Assembly (NCBI GenBank): GCA_964016885.1
Contig: OZ024740.1
Span: 85,560,001-85,624,000, forward strand
Length of the DNA: 64,000 nucleotides
Reading direction: 5' to 3'
Source of the DNA: Eledone cirrhosa
Taxonomy: Eukaryota
Positions 45,401 through 60,400 of the stretch are shown here, piece by piece (position 1 is the first letter of the stretch; every line of letters starts with the position of its first letter). The translations under genes were made by a program, and so were the position numbers. The notes under the pieces were generated by a model that worked only from the letters and a program-made list of their open reading frames with translations, ran no database searches and was not told where the DNA came from.

Positions 45401-48400
45401 TGATGATGGTGGTGGTAGTGGTATTGATGGTGATGATGGTTATGGTATTGATGGTGATGAAAGTAGTGGTAGTGGTATTGATGGTGATGATGGTTGTGGT
45501 AGTTGTATTGATGGTGATGATGGTTGTGGTAGTGGTATTGATGGTGATGATGGTTGTGGTAGTGGTATTGATGGTGATGACGGTTGTGGTAGTGGTATTG
45601 ATGGTGATGATGGTTGTGGTATTGATGGTGATGACGGCTGTGGTAGTGGTATTGATGGTGATGATGGTTGTGGTAGTGGTATTGATGGTGATGACGGTTG
45701 TGGTAGTGGTATTGATGGTGACGACGGTTGTGGTAGTTGTATTGATGGTGATGATGGTTGTAGTAGTGGTATTGATGGTGATGATGGTTGTAATAGTGGT
45801 ATTGATGGTGATGATGGTTGTGGTATTGGTATTGATGGTGATGATGGTTGTGGTAGTGGTATTGATGGTGATGATGGTTGTGGTAGTGGTATTGATGGTG
45901 ATGATGGTTGTGGTAGTGGTATTGATGGTGATGACGGTTGTGGTAGTGGTATTTATGGTGATGAGGGTTGTGGTAGTGGTATTGATGGTGATGACAGTAG
46001 TCGTAGTGGTATTGATGGTGATGACGGTTGTGGTGGTGGTATTGATGGTGACGACGGTAGTGGTAGTAGTATTGATGGTGATGATGGTTGTGGTAGTGGT
46101 ATTGATGGTGATGATGTTTGTGGTAGTGGTATTGATGGTGATGATGGTAGTGGTATTGATGGTGACGACGGTTGTGGTAGTGGTATTGATGGTGATGATG
46201 GTTGTGGTAGTGGTATTGATGGTGATGATGGTAGTGGTATTAATGGTGATGATGGTTGTGGTAGTGGTATTGATGGTGATGATGGTTGTGGTAGTGGTAT
46301 TGATGGTGATGATGGTTGTGGTAGTGGTATTGATGGTGATGATGGTTGTGATAGTTGTATTGATGGTGATGATGGTTGTGGTAGTGGTATTGATGGTAGT
46401 GGTATTGATGGTGACGATGGTAGTGGTATTGATGGTGATGATGGTTGTGGTAGTGGTATTGATGGTGATGATGTTTGTGGTAGTGGTATTGATGGTGATG
46501 ACGGTTGTGGTAGTGGTATTGATGGTGATGATGGTTGTGGTAGTGGTATTGATGGTGATGATTGTAGTGGTAGTGGTATTGATGGTGATGATGGTAGTGG
46601 TAGTGGTATTGATGGTGACGATGGTAGTCGTAGTGGTATTGATTGTGATGATGGTTGTGGTAGTGGTATTGATGGTGATGATGGTTGTGGTAGTGGTATA
46701 GATGGTGATGATGGTAGTGGTAGTGGTATTGATGGTGATGATGGTTGTGGTAGTGGTATTGATGGTGACGATGGTAGTGGTAGAGGTATTGATGGTGACG
46801 ATGGTAGTGGTAGTGGTATTGATGGTGATGATGGTTGTGGTAGTGGTATTGATGGTGATGATGGTAGTGGTAGTGGTATTGATTGTGATGATGGTGGTGA
46901 TAGTGGTATTGATGGTGATGATGGTGGTGGTATTGATGGTGATGATGGTGGTGGTAGTTGTATTGATGGTGACGATGGTTATGGTAGTGGTATTGATGGT
47001 GATGATGGTTGTGGTAGTGGTATTGATGGTGATGATGGTGGTGGTATTGATGGTGATGATGGTGGTGGTAGTGGTATTGATGGTGATGACGGTTGTGGTA
47101 GTGGTATTGATGGTGATGATGGTTGTGGTAGTGGTATTGATGGTGATGATGGTTGTGGTAGTGGTATTGATGGTGATGATGGTTGTGGTAGTGGTATTGA
47201 TGGTGATGATGGTAGTGGTATTGATTGTGATGACGGTTGTGGTAGTGGTATTGATGGTGATGACGGTTGTGGTAGTGGTATTGATGGTGATGATGGTTGT
47301 GGTAGTGGGATTGATGGTGATGACGGTTGTGGTAGTGGTATTGATGGTGATGAAGGTTGTGGTAGTGGTATTGATGGTGATGACGGTTGTGGTAGTGGTA
47401 TTGATGGTGATGACGGTTGTGGTAGTGGTATTGATGGTGATGACGGTTGTGGTAGTGGTATTGATGGTGATGATGGTTGTGGTAGTGGTATTGATGGTGA
47501 TGACGGTTGTGGTAGTGGTATTGATAGTAATGACGGCAGTGGTAGTGGTCGTGATGGTGACGATGGTTGTGGTAGTGGTATTGATGGTGACGATGGTTGT
47601 GGTAGTGGTATTGATGGTGACGATGTTTGTGGTATTGGTATTGATGGTTATGATGGTTGTGGTAGTGGTATTGATGGTGATGACGGTTGTGGTAGTGGTA
47701 TTGATGGTGACGACGGTTATGGTAGTGGTATTGATGGTGATGATGGTTGTGGTAGTGGTATTGATGGTGATGATGGTAGTGGTATTGATGGTGACGACGG
47801 TTGTGGTAGTGGTATTGATGGTGATGATGGTTGTGGTAGTGGTATTGATGGTGACGACGGTTGAGATAGTGGTATTGATGGTGATGATGGTTGCGGTAGT
47901 GGTATTGATGGTGACGACGGTTGTGGTAGTGGTATTGATGGTGATGATGGTTGTGGTAGTGGTATTGATGGTGATGACGGTTGTGGTAGTGGTATTGATG
48001 TTGATGGATGTGGTAGTGGTATTGATGGTGATGATGGTTGTGGTAGTGGTATTGATGGTGATGACGGTTGTGGTAGTGGTATTGATGGTGACGATGGTTG
48101 TGGTATTGGTATTGATGGTGATGACGGTTGTGGTAGTGGTATTGATGGTGATGATGGTTGTGGTAGTGGTATTGATGGTGATGACGGTTGTGGTAGTGGT
48201 ATTGATGGTGATGACGGTAGTGGTAGTGGTATTGATGGTGACGATGGTTGTGGTAGTGGTATTGATGGTGACGATGGTTGTGGTAGTGGTATTGATGGTG
48301 ATGATGGTAGTGGTAGTGGTATTGAGGGTGATGATGGTTGTGGTATTGGTATTGATGGTTATGATGGTTGTGGTAGTGGTATTGATGGTGATGATGGTTG

Positions 48401-51400
48401 TGGTAGTGGTATTGATGGTGATGACGGTAGTGGTAGTGGTATTGATGGTGATGAGGGTAGTGGTAGTGGTATTGATGGTGATGATGGTAGTGGTAGTGGT
48501 ATTTGTAGGTGACGACGGTTGTGGTAGTGGTATTGATGGTGATGATGGTTGTGGTAGTGGTATTGATGGTGACGATGGTAGTGGTAGTGGTATTGATGGT
48601 GATGATGGTGGTGGTAGTGGTATTGATGGTGATGATGGTATTGATGGTGATGATGGTTGTGGTAGTGGTATTGATGGTGATGATGGTGGTGGTATTGATG
48701 GTGATGATGGTGGTAGTGGTGTTGATGGTGATGATGGTTATGGTATTGATGGTGATGATGGTTGTGGTATTGATGGTGATGACGGTTGTGGTAGTGGTGT
48801 TGATGGTGACGACGGTTGTGGTAGTGGTATTGATGGTGACGACGGTTGTGGTAGTGGTATTGATGGTGATGACGGTAGTGGTAGTGGTATTGATGGTGAT
48901 GACGGTTGTGGTAGTGGTATTGATGGTGATGACGGTAGTGGTAGTGGTATTGATGGTGATGACGGTTGTGGTAGTGGTATTGATGGTGATGACGGTAGTG
49001 GTAGTGGTATTGATGGTGATGATGGTTGTGGTAGTGGTATTGATGGTGATGATGGTAGTGGTATTGATGGTGACGACGGTTGTGGTAGTGGTATTGATGG
49101 TGATGACGGTTGTGGTAGTGGTATTGATGGTGATGATGGTTGTGATAGTGGTATTGATGGTGATGATGGTTGTGGTAGTGGTATTGATGGTGATGATGGT
49201 TGTGGTAGTGGTATTGATGGTGATGATGGTTGTGGTAGTGGTATTGATGGTGATGATGGTTGTGGTAGTGGTATTGATGGTGATGATGGTTGTGGTAGTG
49301 GTATTGATGGTGACGATGGTTGTGGTAGTGGTATTGATGGTGATGATGGTTGTGGTATTGGTATTGATGGTTATGACGGTTGTGGTAGTGGTATAGATGG
49401 TGATGATGGTTGTGGTAGTGGTATTGATGGTGATGATGGTAGTGGTAGTGGTATTGATGGTGATGATGGTAGTGGTAGTGGTATTGATGGTGACGATGGT
49501 AGTGGTATTGATTGTGATGATGGTTGTGGTAGTGGTATTGATGGTGACGATGGTAGTGGTAGAGGTATTGATTGTGATGATGGTAGTGGTAGTGGTATTG
49601 ATTGTGATGATGGTGGTGATAGTGGTATTGATGGTGATGATGGTGGTGGTAGTGGTATTGATGGTGATGATGGTTGTGGTAGTGGTATTGATGGTGATGA
49701 TGGTAGTGGTAGTGGTATTGATTGTGATGATGGTGGTGATAGTGGTATTGATGGTGATGATGGTGGTGGTATTGATGGTGATGATGGTGGTGGTAGTGGT
49801 ATTGATGGTGACGATGGTTATGGTAGTGGTATTGATGGTGATGATGGTTGTGGTAGTGGTATTGATGGTGATGATGGTGGTGGTATTGATGGTGATGATG
49901 GTGGTGGTAGTGGTATTGATGGTGATGACGGTTGTGGTAGTGGTATTGATTGTGATGACGGTTGTGGTAGTGGTATTGATGGTGATGACGGTTGTGGTAG
50001 TGGTATTGATGGTGATGATGGTTGTGGTAGTGGTATTGATGGTAATGATGGTTGTGGTAGTGGTATTGATGGTGATGATGGTTGTGGTAGTGGTATTGAT
50101 GGTGATGACGGTTGTGGTAGTGGTATTGATGGTGATGACGGTTGTGGTAGTGGTATTGATGGTGATAAAAAGTAGTGGTAGTGGTATTGATGGTGATGAT
50201 GGTAGTGGTAGTGGTATTGATGGTGATGATGGTAGTGGTAGTGGTATTGATGGTGATGACGGTTGTGATAGTTGTATTGATGGTGATGATGGTAGTGGTA
50301 TTGATGGTGATGACGGTAGTGGTATTAGTATAGATGGTGATGATGGTTGTGGTAGTGGTATTGATGGTGACGACGGTTGTGGTAGTGGTATTGATGGTGA
50401 TGATGATTGTGGTAGTGGTATTGATGGTGATGATGGTTGTGGTAGTGGTATTGATGGTGATGACGGTAGTGGTAGTGGTATTGATGGTGATGATGGTTGT
50501 GGTAGTGGTATTGATGGTGATGACGGTAGTGGTAGTGGTATTGATGGTGATGATGGTTGTGGTAGTGGTATTGATGGTGATGACGGTAGTGGTAGTGGTA
50601 TTGATGGTGATGATGGTAGTGGTATTGATGGTGATGATGGTTGTGGTAGTGGTATTGATGGTGATGATGGTTGTGGTAGTGGTATTGATGGTGATGACGG
50701 TTGTGGTAGTGGTATTGATGGTGATGATGGTTGTGGTAGTGGTATTGATGGTGATGATGGTTGTGGTAGTGGTATTGATGGTGATGATGGTTGTGATAAT
50801 TGTATTGATGGTGATGATGGTTGTGGTAGTGGTATTGATGGTGATGATGGTTGTGGTAGTGGTATTGATGGTGATGATGGTTGTGGTAGTGGTATTGATG
50901 GTGACGACGGTTGTGGTAGTGGTATTGAAGGTGATGATGGTTGTGGTAGTGGTATTGATGGTGACGACGGTTGTGGTAGTGGTATTGATGGTGATGATGG
51001 TTGTGGTAGTGGTATTGACGGTGATGATGGTTGTGGTAGTGGTATTGATGGTGATGATGGTTGTGGTAGTGGTATTGATGGTGATGATGGTTGTGGTATT
51101 GGTATTGATGGTTATGACGGTTGTGGTAGTGGTATTGATGGTGATGACGGTTGTGGTAGTGGTATTGATGGTGATGATGGTTGTGGTAGTGGTATTGATG
51201 GTGATGATGGTTGTGGTAGTGGTATTGATGGTGATGATGGTTGTGATAATTGTATTGATGGTGATGATGGTTGTGGTAGTGGTATTGATGGTGATGATGG
51301 TTGTGGTAGTGGTATTGATGGTGACGACGGTTGTGGTAGTGGTATTGAAGGTGATGATGGTTGTGGTAGTGGTATTGATGGTGATGATGGTTGTGGTAGT

Positions 51401-54400
51401 GGTATTGACGGTGATGAATGTTGTGGTAGTGGTATTGATGGTGATGATGGTTGTGGTAGTGGTATTGATGGTGATGATGGTTGTGGTATTGGTATTGATG
51501 GTTATGACGGTTGTGGTAGTGGTATTGATGGTGATGATGGTTGTGGTAGTGGTATTGATGGTTATGACGGTTGTAGTAGTGGTATTGATGGTGATGACGG
51601 TTGTGGTAGTGGTATTGATGGTGACGACGGTTGTGGTAGTGGTATTGATGGTGATGATGGTTGTGGTAGTGGTATTGATGGTGATGACGGTTGTGGTATT
51701 GGTATTGATGGTTATGACGGTTGTGGTAGTGGTATTGATGGTGACGACGGTTGTGGTAGTGGTATTGATGGTGATGATGGTTGTGGTAGTGGTATTGATG
51801 GTGATGACGGTTGTGGTATTGGTATTGATGGTTATGACGGTTGTGGTAGTGGTATTGATGGTGATGATGGTTGTGGTATTAGTATTGATGGTTATGACGG
51901 TTGTGGTAGTGGTATTGATGGTGATGACGGTTGTGGTAGTGGTACTGATGGTTATGACGGTTGTAGTAGTGGTATTGATGGTGATGACGGTTGTGGTAGT
52001 GGTATTGATGGTTATGACGGCTGTAGTAGTGGTATTGATGGTTATGACGGTTGTAGTAGTGGTATTGATGGTGATGACGGTTGTGGTAGTGGTATTGATG
52101 GTTATGACGGTTGTAGTAGTGGTATTGATGGTGACGACGGTTGTGGTAGTGGTATTGATGGTGATGACGGTTGTGGTAGTGGTATTGATGGTGATGATGG
52201 TTGTGATAGTGGTATTGATGGTGATGATGGTTGTGGTAGTGGTATTGATGGTGATGATGGTTGTGGTAGTGGTATTGATGGTGATGATGGTTGTGGTAGT
52301 GGTATTGATGGTGATGATGGTTGTGGTAGTGGTATTGATGGTGACGATGGTTGTGGTAGTGGTATTGATGGTGATGATGGTTGTGGTATTGGTATTGATG
52401 GTTATGACGGTTGTGGTAGTGGTATAGATGGTGATGATGGTTGTGGTAGTGGTATTGATGGTGATGATGGTAGTGGTAGTGGTATTGATGGTGATGATGG
52501 TAGTGGTAGTGGTATTGATGGTGACGATGGTAGTGGTAGAGGTATTGATGGTGATGATGGTAGTGGTAGTGGTATTGATTGTGATGATGGTGGTGATAGT
52601 GGTATTGATGGTGATGATGGTGGTGGTAGTGGTATTGATGGTGATGATGGTTGTGGTAGTGGTATTGATGGTGATGATGGTAGTGGGAGTGGTATTGATT
52701 GTGATGATGGTGGTGATAGTGGTATTGATGGTGATGATGGTGGTGGTATTGATGGTGATGATGGTGGTGGTAGTGGTATTGATGGTGACGATGGTTATGG
52801 TAGTGGTATTGATGGTGATGATGGTTGTGGTAGTGGTATTGATGGTGATGATGGTGGTGGTATTGATGGTGATGATGGTGGTGGTAGTGGTATTGATGGT
52901 GATGACGGTTGTGGTAGTGGTATTGATTGTGATGACGGTTGTGGTAGTGGTATTGATGGTGATGACGGTTGTGGTAGTGGTATTGATGGTGATGATGGTT
53001 GTGGTAGTGGTATTGATGGTAATGATGGTTGTGGTAGTGGTATTGATGGTGATGATGGTTGTGGTAGTGGTATTGATGGTGATGACGGTTGTGGTAGTGG
53101 TATTGATGGTGATGACGGTTGTGGTAGTGGTATTGATGGTGATAAAAAGTAGTGGTAGTGGTATTGATGGTGATGATGGTAGTGGTAGTGGTATTGATGG
53201 TGATGATGGTAGTGGTAGTGGTATTGATGGTGATGACGGTTGTGATAGTTGTATTGATGGTGATAATGGTAGTGGTATTGATGGTGATGACGGTAGTGGT
53301 AGTAGTATAGATGGTGATGATGGTTGTGGTAGTGGTATTGATGGTGACGACGGTTGTGGTAGTGGTATTGATGGTGATGATGATTGTGGTAGTGGTATTG
53401 ATGGTGATGATGGTTGTGGTAGTGGTATTGATGGTGATGACGGTAGTGGTAGTGGTATTGATGGTGATGATGGTTGTGGTAGTGGTATTGATGGTGATGA
53501 CGGTAGTGGTAGTGGTATTGATGGTGATGATGGTTGTGGTAGTGGTATTGATGGTGATGACGGTAGTGGTAGTGGTATTGATGGTGATGATGGTAGTGGT
53601 ATTGATGGTGATGATGGTTGTGGTAGTGGTATTGATGGTGATGATGGTTGTGGTAGTGGTATTGATGGTGATGACGGTTGTGGTAGTGGTATTGATGGTG
53701 ATGATGGTTGTGGTAGTGGTATTGATGGTGATGATGGTTGTGGTAGTGGTATTGATGGTGATGATGGTTGTGATAATTGTATTGATGGTGATGATGGTTG
53801 TGGTAGTGGTATTGATGGTGATGATGGTTGTGGTAGTGGTATTGATGGTGATGATGGTTGTGGTAGTGGTATTGATGGTGACGACGGTTGTGGTAGTGGT
53901 ATTGAAGGTGATGATGGTTGTGGTAGTGGTATTGATGGTGACGACGGTTGTGGTAGTGGTATTGATGGTGATGATGGTTGTGGTAGTGGTATTGACGGTG
54001 ATGATGGTTGTGGTAGTGGTATTGATGGTGATGATGGTTGTGGTAGTGGTATTGATGGTGATGATGGTTGTGGTATTGGTATTGATGGTTATGACGGTTG
54101 TGGTAGTGGTATTGATGGTGATGACGGTTGTGGTAGTGGTATTGATGGTGATGATGGTTGTGGTAGTGGTATTGATGGTGATGATGGTTGTGGTAGTGGT
54201 ATTGATGGTGATGATGGTTGTGATAATTGTATTGATGGTGATGATGGTTGTGGTAGTGGTATTGATGGTGATGATGGTTGTGGTAGTGTTATTGATGGTG
54301 ATGATGGTTGTGGTAGTGGTATTGATGGTGACGACGGTTGTGGTAGTGGTATTGAAGGTGATGATGGTTGTGGTAGTGGTATTGATGGTGACGACGGTTG

Positions 54401-57400
54401 TGGTAGTGGTATTGATGGTGATGATGGTTGTGGTATTGGTATTGATGGTTATGACGGTTGTGGTAGTGGTATTGATTGTGATGACGGTTGTGGTAGTTGT
54501 ATTGATGGTGATGACGGTTGTGGTAGTGGTATTGATGGTGATGACGGTTGTGGTAGTGGTATTGATGGTGATGATGGTTGTGGTAGTGGTATTGATTGTG
54601 ATGACGGTTGTGGTAGTTGTATTGATGGTGATGACGGTTGTGGTAGTGGTATTGATGGTGATGACGGTTGTGGTAGTAGTATTGATGGTGATGATGGTTG
54701 TGGTAGTGGTATTGATGGTGATGATGGTTGTGGTAGTGGTATTGATGGGAATGACGGTTGTTGTAGTGGTATTGATGGTGATGACGGTGGTGGTAGTGGT
54801 ATTGATGGTGATGAAAAGTAGTGGTAGTGGTATTGATGGTGATGATGGTAGTGGTATTGGTATTGATGGTTATGACGGTTGTGGTAGTGGTATTGATGGT
54901 GATGACGGTTGTGGTAGTGGTATTGATGGTTATGACGGTTGTAGTAGTGGTATTGATGGTGATGACGGATGTGGTAGTGGTATTGATTGTGATGATGGTG
55001 GTGATAGTGGTATTGATGGTGATGATGGTGGTGGTATTGATGGTGATGATGGTGGTGGTAGTGGTATTGATGGTGACGATGGTTATGGTAGTGGTATTGA
55101 TGGTGATGATGGTTGTGGTAGTGGTATTGATGGTGATGATGGTGGTGGTATTGATGGTGATGATGGTGGTGGTAGTGGTATTTATGGTGATGACGGTTGT
55201 GGTAGTGGTATTGATTGTGATGACGGTTGTGGTAGTGGTATTGACGGTGATGACGGTTGTGGTAGTGGTATTGATGGTGATGATGGTTGTGGTAGTGGTA
55301 TTGATGGTAATGATGGTTGTGGTAGTGGTATTGATGGTGATGATGGTTGTGGTAGTGGTATTGATGGTGATGACGGTTGTGGTAGTGGTATTGATGGTGA
55401 TGACGGTTGTGGTAGTGGTATTGATGGTGATGAAAAGTAGTGGTAGTGGTATTGATGGTGATGATGGTAGTGGTAGTGGTATTGATGGTGATGATGGTAG
55501 TGGTAGTGGTATTGATGGTGATGACGGTTGTGATAGTTGTATTGATGGTGATGATGGTAGTGGTATTGATGGTGATGACGGTGGTGGTAGTAGTATAGAT
55601 GGTGATGATGGTTGTGGTAGTGGTATTGATGGTGACGACGGTTGTGGTAGTGGTATTGATGGTGATGATGATTGTGGTAGTGGTATTGATGGTGATGATG
55701 GTTGTGGTAGTGGTATTGATGGTGACGACGGTAGTGGTAGTGGTATTGATGGTGATGATGGTTGTGCTAGTGGTATTGATGGTGATGATGGTTGTGGTAG
55801 TGGTATTGATGGTGACGATGGTAGTGGTAGAGGTATTGATGGTGACGATGGTAGTGGTAGTGGTATTGATGGTGATGATGGTTGTGCTAGTGGTATTGAT
55901 GGTGATGATGGTTGTGGTAGTGGTATTGATGGTGATGATGGTTGTGGTAGTGGTATTGATGGTGATGATGGTTGTGGTAGTGGTATTGATGGTGATGACG
56001 GTTGTGGTAGTGGTATTGATGGTGATGATGGTTGTGGTAGTGGTATTGATGGTGATGATGGTTGTGATAATTGTATTGATGGTGATGATGGTTGTGGTAG
56101 TGGTATTGATGGTGATGATGGTTGTGGTAGTGGTATTGATGGTGATGATGGTTGTGGTAGTGGTATTGAAGGTGATGATGGTTGTGATAATTGTATTGAT
56201 GGTGATGATGGTTGTGGTAGTGGTATTGATGGTGACGACGGTTGTGGTAGTGGTATTGAAGGTGATGATGGTTGTGGTAGTGGTATTGATGGTGACGACG
56301 GTTGTGGTAGTGGTATTGATGGTGATGATTGTTGTGGTAGTGGTATTGACGGTGATGATGGTTGTGGTAGTGGTATTGATGGTGATGATGGTTGTGGTAG
56401 TGGTATTGATGGTGATGATGGTTGTGATAATTGTATTGATGGTGATGATGGTTGTGGTAGTGGTATTGATGGTGATGATGGTTGTGGTAGTGGTATTGAT
56501 GGTGATGATGGTTGTGGTAGTGGTATTGATGGTGACGACGGTTGTGGTAGTGGTATTGAAGGTGATGATGGTTGTGGTAGTGGTATTGATGGTGACGACA
56601 GTTGTGGTAGTGGTATTGATGGTGATGATGGTTGTGGTAGTGGTATTGACGGTGATGATGGTTGTGGTAGTGGTATTGATGGTGATGATGGTTGTGGTAG
56701 TGGTATTGATGGTGATGATGGTTGTGGTATTGGTATTGATGGTTATGACGGTAGTGGTAGTGGTATTGATGGTGATGACGGTTATGGTAGTGGTATTGAT
56801 GGTGACGACGGTTGTGGTAGTGGTATTGATGGTGATGATGGTTGTGGTAGTTGTATTGATGGTGATGATGGTTGTGGTAGTGGTATTGATGGTGATGATG
56901 GTTGTGGTAGTGGTATTGATGGTGATGACGGTTGTGGTAGTGTTATTGTTGGTGATGACGGTTGTGGTAGTGGTATTGATGGTGATGATGGTTGTGGTAG
57001 TGGTATTGATGGTGACGACGGTTGTGGTAGTGGTATAGATGGTGACGATGGTAGTGGTAGTGGTATTGATGGTGACGATGGTAGTGGTAGAGGTATTGAT
57101 GGTGACGATGGTAGTGGTAGTGGTATTGATGGTGATGATGGTAGTGGTAGTGGTATTGATTGTGATGATGGTTGTGGTAGTGGTATTGATGGTGATGATG
57201 GTAGTGGTAGTGGTATTGATGGTGATGATGGTGGTGGTAGTGGTATTGATTGTGATGATGGTGGTGGTAGTGGTATTGATGGTAATGATCGTTGTGGTAG
57301 TGGTATTGATGGTGATGATGGTTGTGGTAGTGGTATTGATTGTGATGACGGTTGTGGTAGTGGTATTGATGGTGATGACGGTTGTGGTAGTGGTATTGAT

Positions 57401-60400
57401 GGTGATGATGGTTGTGGTAGTGGTATTGATTGTGATGACGGTTGTGGTAGTTGTATTGATGGTGATGACGGTTGTGGTAGTGGTATTGATGGTGATGACG
57501 GTTGTGGTAGTAGTATTGATGGTGATGATGGTTGTGGTAGTGGTATTGATGGTGATGATGGTGGTGATAGTGGTATTGATGGTGATGATGGTGGTGGTAT
57601 TGATGGTGATGATGGTGGTGGTAGTGGTATTGATGGTGACGATGGTTATGGTAGTGGTATTGATGGTGATGATGGTTGTGGTAGTGGTATTGATGGTGAT
57701 GATGGTGGTGGTATTGATGGTGATGATGGTGGTGGTAGTGGTATTGATGGTGATGACGGTTGTTGTAGTGGTATTGATTGTGATGACGGTTGTGGTAGTG
57801 GTATTGATGGTGATGACGGTTGTGGTAGTGGTATTGATGGTGATGATGGTTGTGGTAGTGGTATTGATGGTAATGATGGTTGTGGTAGTGGTATTGATGG
57901 TGATGATGGTTGTGGTAGTGGTATTGATGGTGATGACGGTTGTGGTAGTGGTATTGATGGTGATGACGGTTGTGGTAGTGGTATTGATGGTGATGAAAAG
58001 TAGTGGTAGTGGTATTGATGGTGATGATGGTAGTGGTAGTGGTATTGATGGTGATGATGGTAGTGGTAGTGGTATTGATGCTGATGACGGTTGTGATAGT
58101 TGTATTGATGGTGATGATGGTAGTGGTATTGATGGTGATGACGGTAGTGGTAGTAGTATAGATGGTGATGATGGTTGTGGTAGTGGTATTGATGGTGACG
58201 ACGGTTGTGGTAGTGGTATTGATGGTGATGATGATTGTGGTAGTGGTATTGATGGTGATGATGGTTGTGGTAGTGGTATTGATGGTGACGACGGTAGTGG
58301 TAGTGGTATTGATGGTGATGATGGTTGTGGTAGTGGTATTGATGGTGATGATGGTTGTGGTAGTGGTATTGATGGTGATGTTGGTTGTGATAGTTGTATT
58401 GATGGTTATGATGGTTGTGGTAGTGGTATTGATGGTGATGATGGTTGTGGTAGTGGTATTGATGGTGATGATGGTTGTGGTAGTGGTATTGATGGTGACG
58501 ACGGTTGTGGTAGTGGTATTGAAGGTGATGATGGTTGTGGTAGTGGTATTGATGATGACGACGGTTGTGGTAGTGGTATTGATGGTGATGATGGTTGTGG
58601 TAGTGGTATTGACGGTGATGATGGTTGTGGTAGTGGTATTGATGGTGATGATGGTTGTGGTAGTGGTATTGATGGTGATGACGGTTGTGGTAGTGGTATT
58701 GATGGTGATGACGGTGGTGGTAGTGGTATTGATGGTATTGATGGTGATGACGGTGGTGGTAGTGGTATTGATGGTGATGAAAAGTAGTGGTAGTGGTATT
58801 GATGGTGATGATGGTAGTGGTATTGGTATTGATGGTTATGACGGTTGTGGTAGTGGTATTGATGGTGATGACGGTTGTGGTAGTGGTATTGATGGTTATG
58901 ACGGTTGTAGTAGTGGTATTGATGGTGATGACGGATGTGGTAGTGGTATTGATGGTGACGACGGTTGTGGTAGTGGTATTGATGGTGATGATGGTTGTGG
59001 TAGTTGTATTGATGGTGATGATGGTTGTGGTAGTGGTATTGATGGTGATGACGGTTGTGGTAGTGGTATTGTTGGTGATGACGGTTGTGGTAGTGGTATT
59101 GATGGTGATGATGGTAGTGGTATTGATGGTGATGATGGTTGTGGTAGTGGTATTGATGGTTATGATGGTTGTGGTAGTGGTATTGATGGTGATGACGGTT
59201 GTGGTAGTGGTATTGATGGTGATGACAGTTGTGGTAGTGGTATTGAAGGTGATGATGGTTGTGGTAGTGGTATTGATGGTTATGACGATTGTGGTAGTGG
59301 TATTGATGGTGATGACGGTTGTGGTAGTGGTATTGATGGTGATGATGGTTGTGGTAATGGTATTGATGGTGATGATGGTAGTGGTAGTGGTATTGATGGT
59401 GATGATGGTTGTGGTAGTGGTATTGATGGTGATGATGGTAGTGGTATTGATGGTGATGATGGTTGTGGTAGTGGTATTGATGGTGATGATGGTAGTGGTA
59501 GTGGTATTGATGGTGATGACGGTTGTGATAGTTGTATTGATGGTGATGATGGTAGTGGTATTGATGGTGATGATGGTTGTGGTAGTGGTATTGATGGTTA
59601 TGACGGTTGTGGTAGTGGTATTGATGGTGATGACGGTTGTGGTAGTGGTATTGATGGTGATGATGGTTGTGGTAGTGGTATTGATGGTGATGATGGTTGT
59701 GATAGTGGTATTGATGGTGATGAAAAGTAGTGGTAGTGGTATTGATGGTAATGATGGTTGTGGTAGTGGTATTGATGGTGATGACGGTTGTGGTAGTGGT
59801 ATTGATGGTGATGACGGTTGTGGTAGTGGTATTGATGGTGATGAAAAGTAGTGGTAGTGGTATTGATGGTGATGATGGTTGTGGTAGTGGTATTGATGGT
59901 GACGACGGTTGTGGTAGTGGTATTGATGGTTATGACGGTTGTGGTAGTGGTATTGATGGTGATGACGGTTGTGGTAGTGGTATTGATGGTGATGATGGTT
60001 GTGCTAGTGGTATTGATGGTAATGATGATTGTGGTAGTGGTATTGATGGTGATGATGGTTGTGGTAGTGGTATTGATGGTTGTCGTAGTGGTATTGATGG
60101 TGATGATGGTTGTGTTAGTGGTATTGATGGTGATGATGGTTGTGGTAGTGGTATTGATGGTGATGATGGTTGTGGTAGTGGTATTGATGGTGATGATGGT
60201 AGTGGTATTGATGGTGATGATGGTTGTGGTAGTGGTATTGATGGTGATGACGATTGTGGTATTGATGTTGATGATGGATGTGGTAGTGGTATTGATGGTG
60301 ATGATGGTTGTGGTAGTGGTATTGATGGTGACGACGGTTGTGGTATTGATGGTGATGATGGTTGTGGTAGTGGTATTGATGGTGATGACGGTAGTGGTAG

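Noticed and set aside
24448-59851. V/M-rich and GIDGDDGCGS ORFs up to 1522 aa as genes
   Set aside because: Products of a stop-free 30-bp satellite; they swap frames at indels that are themselves repeated.
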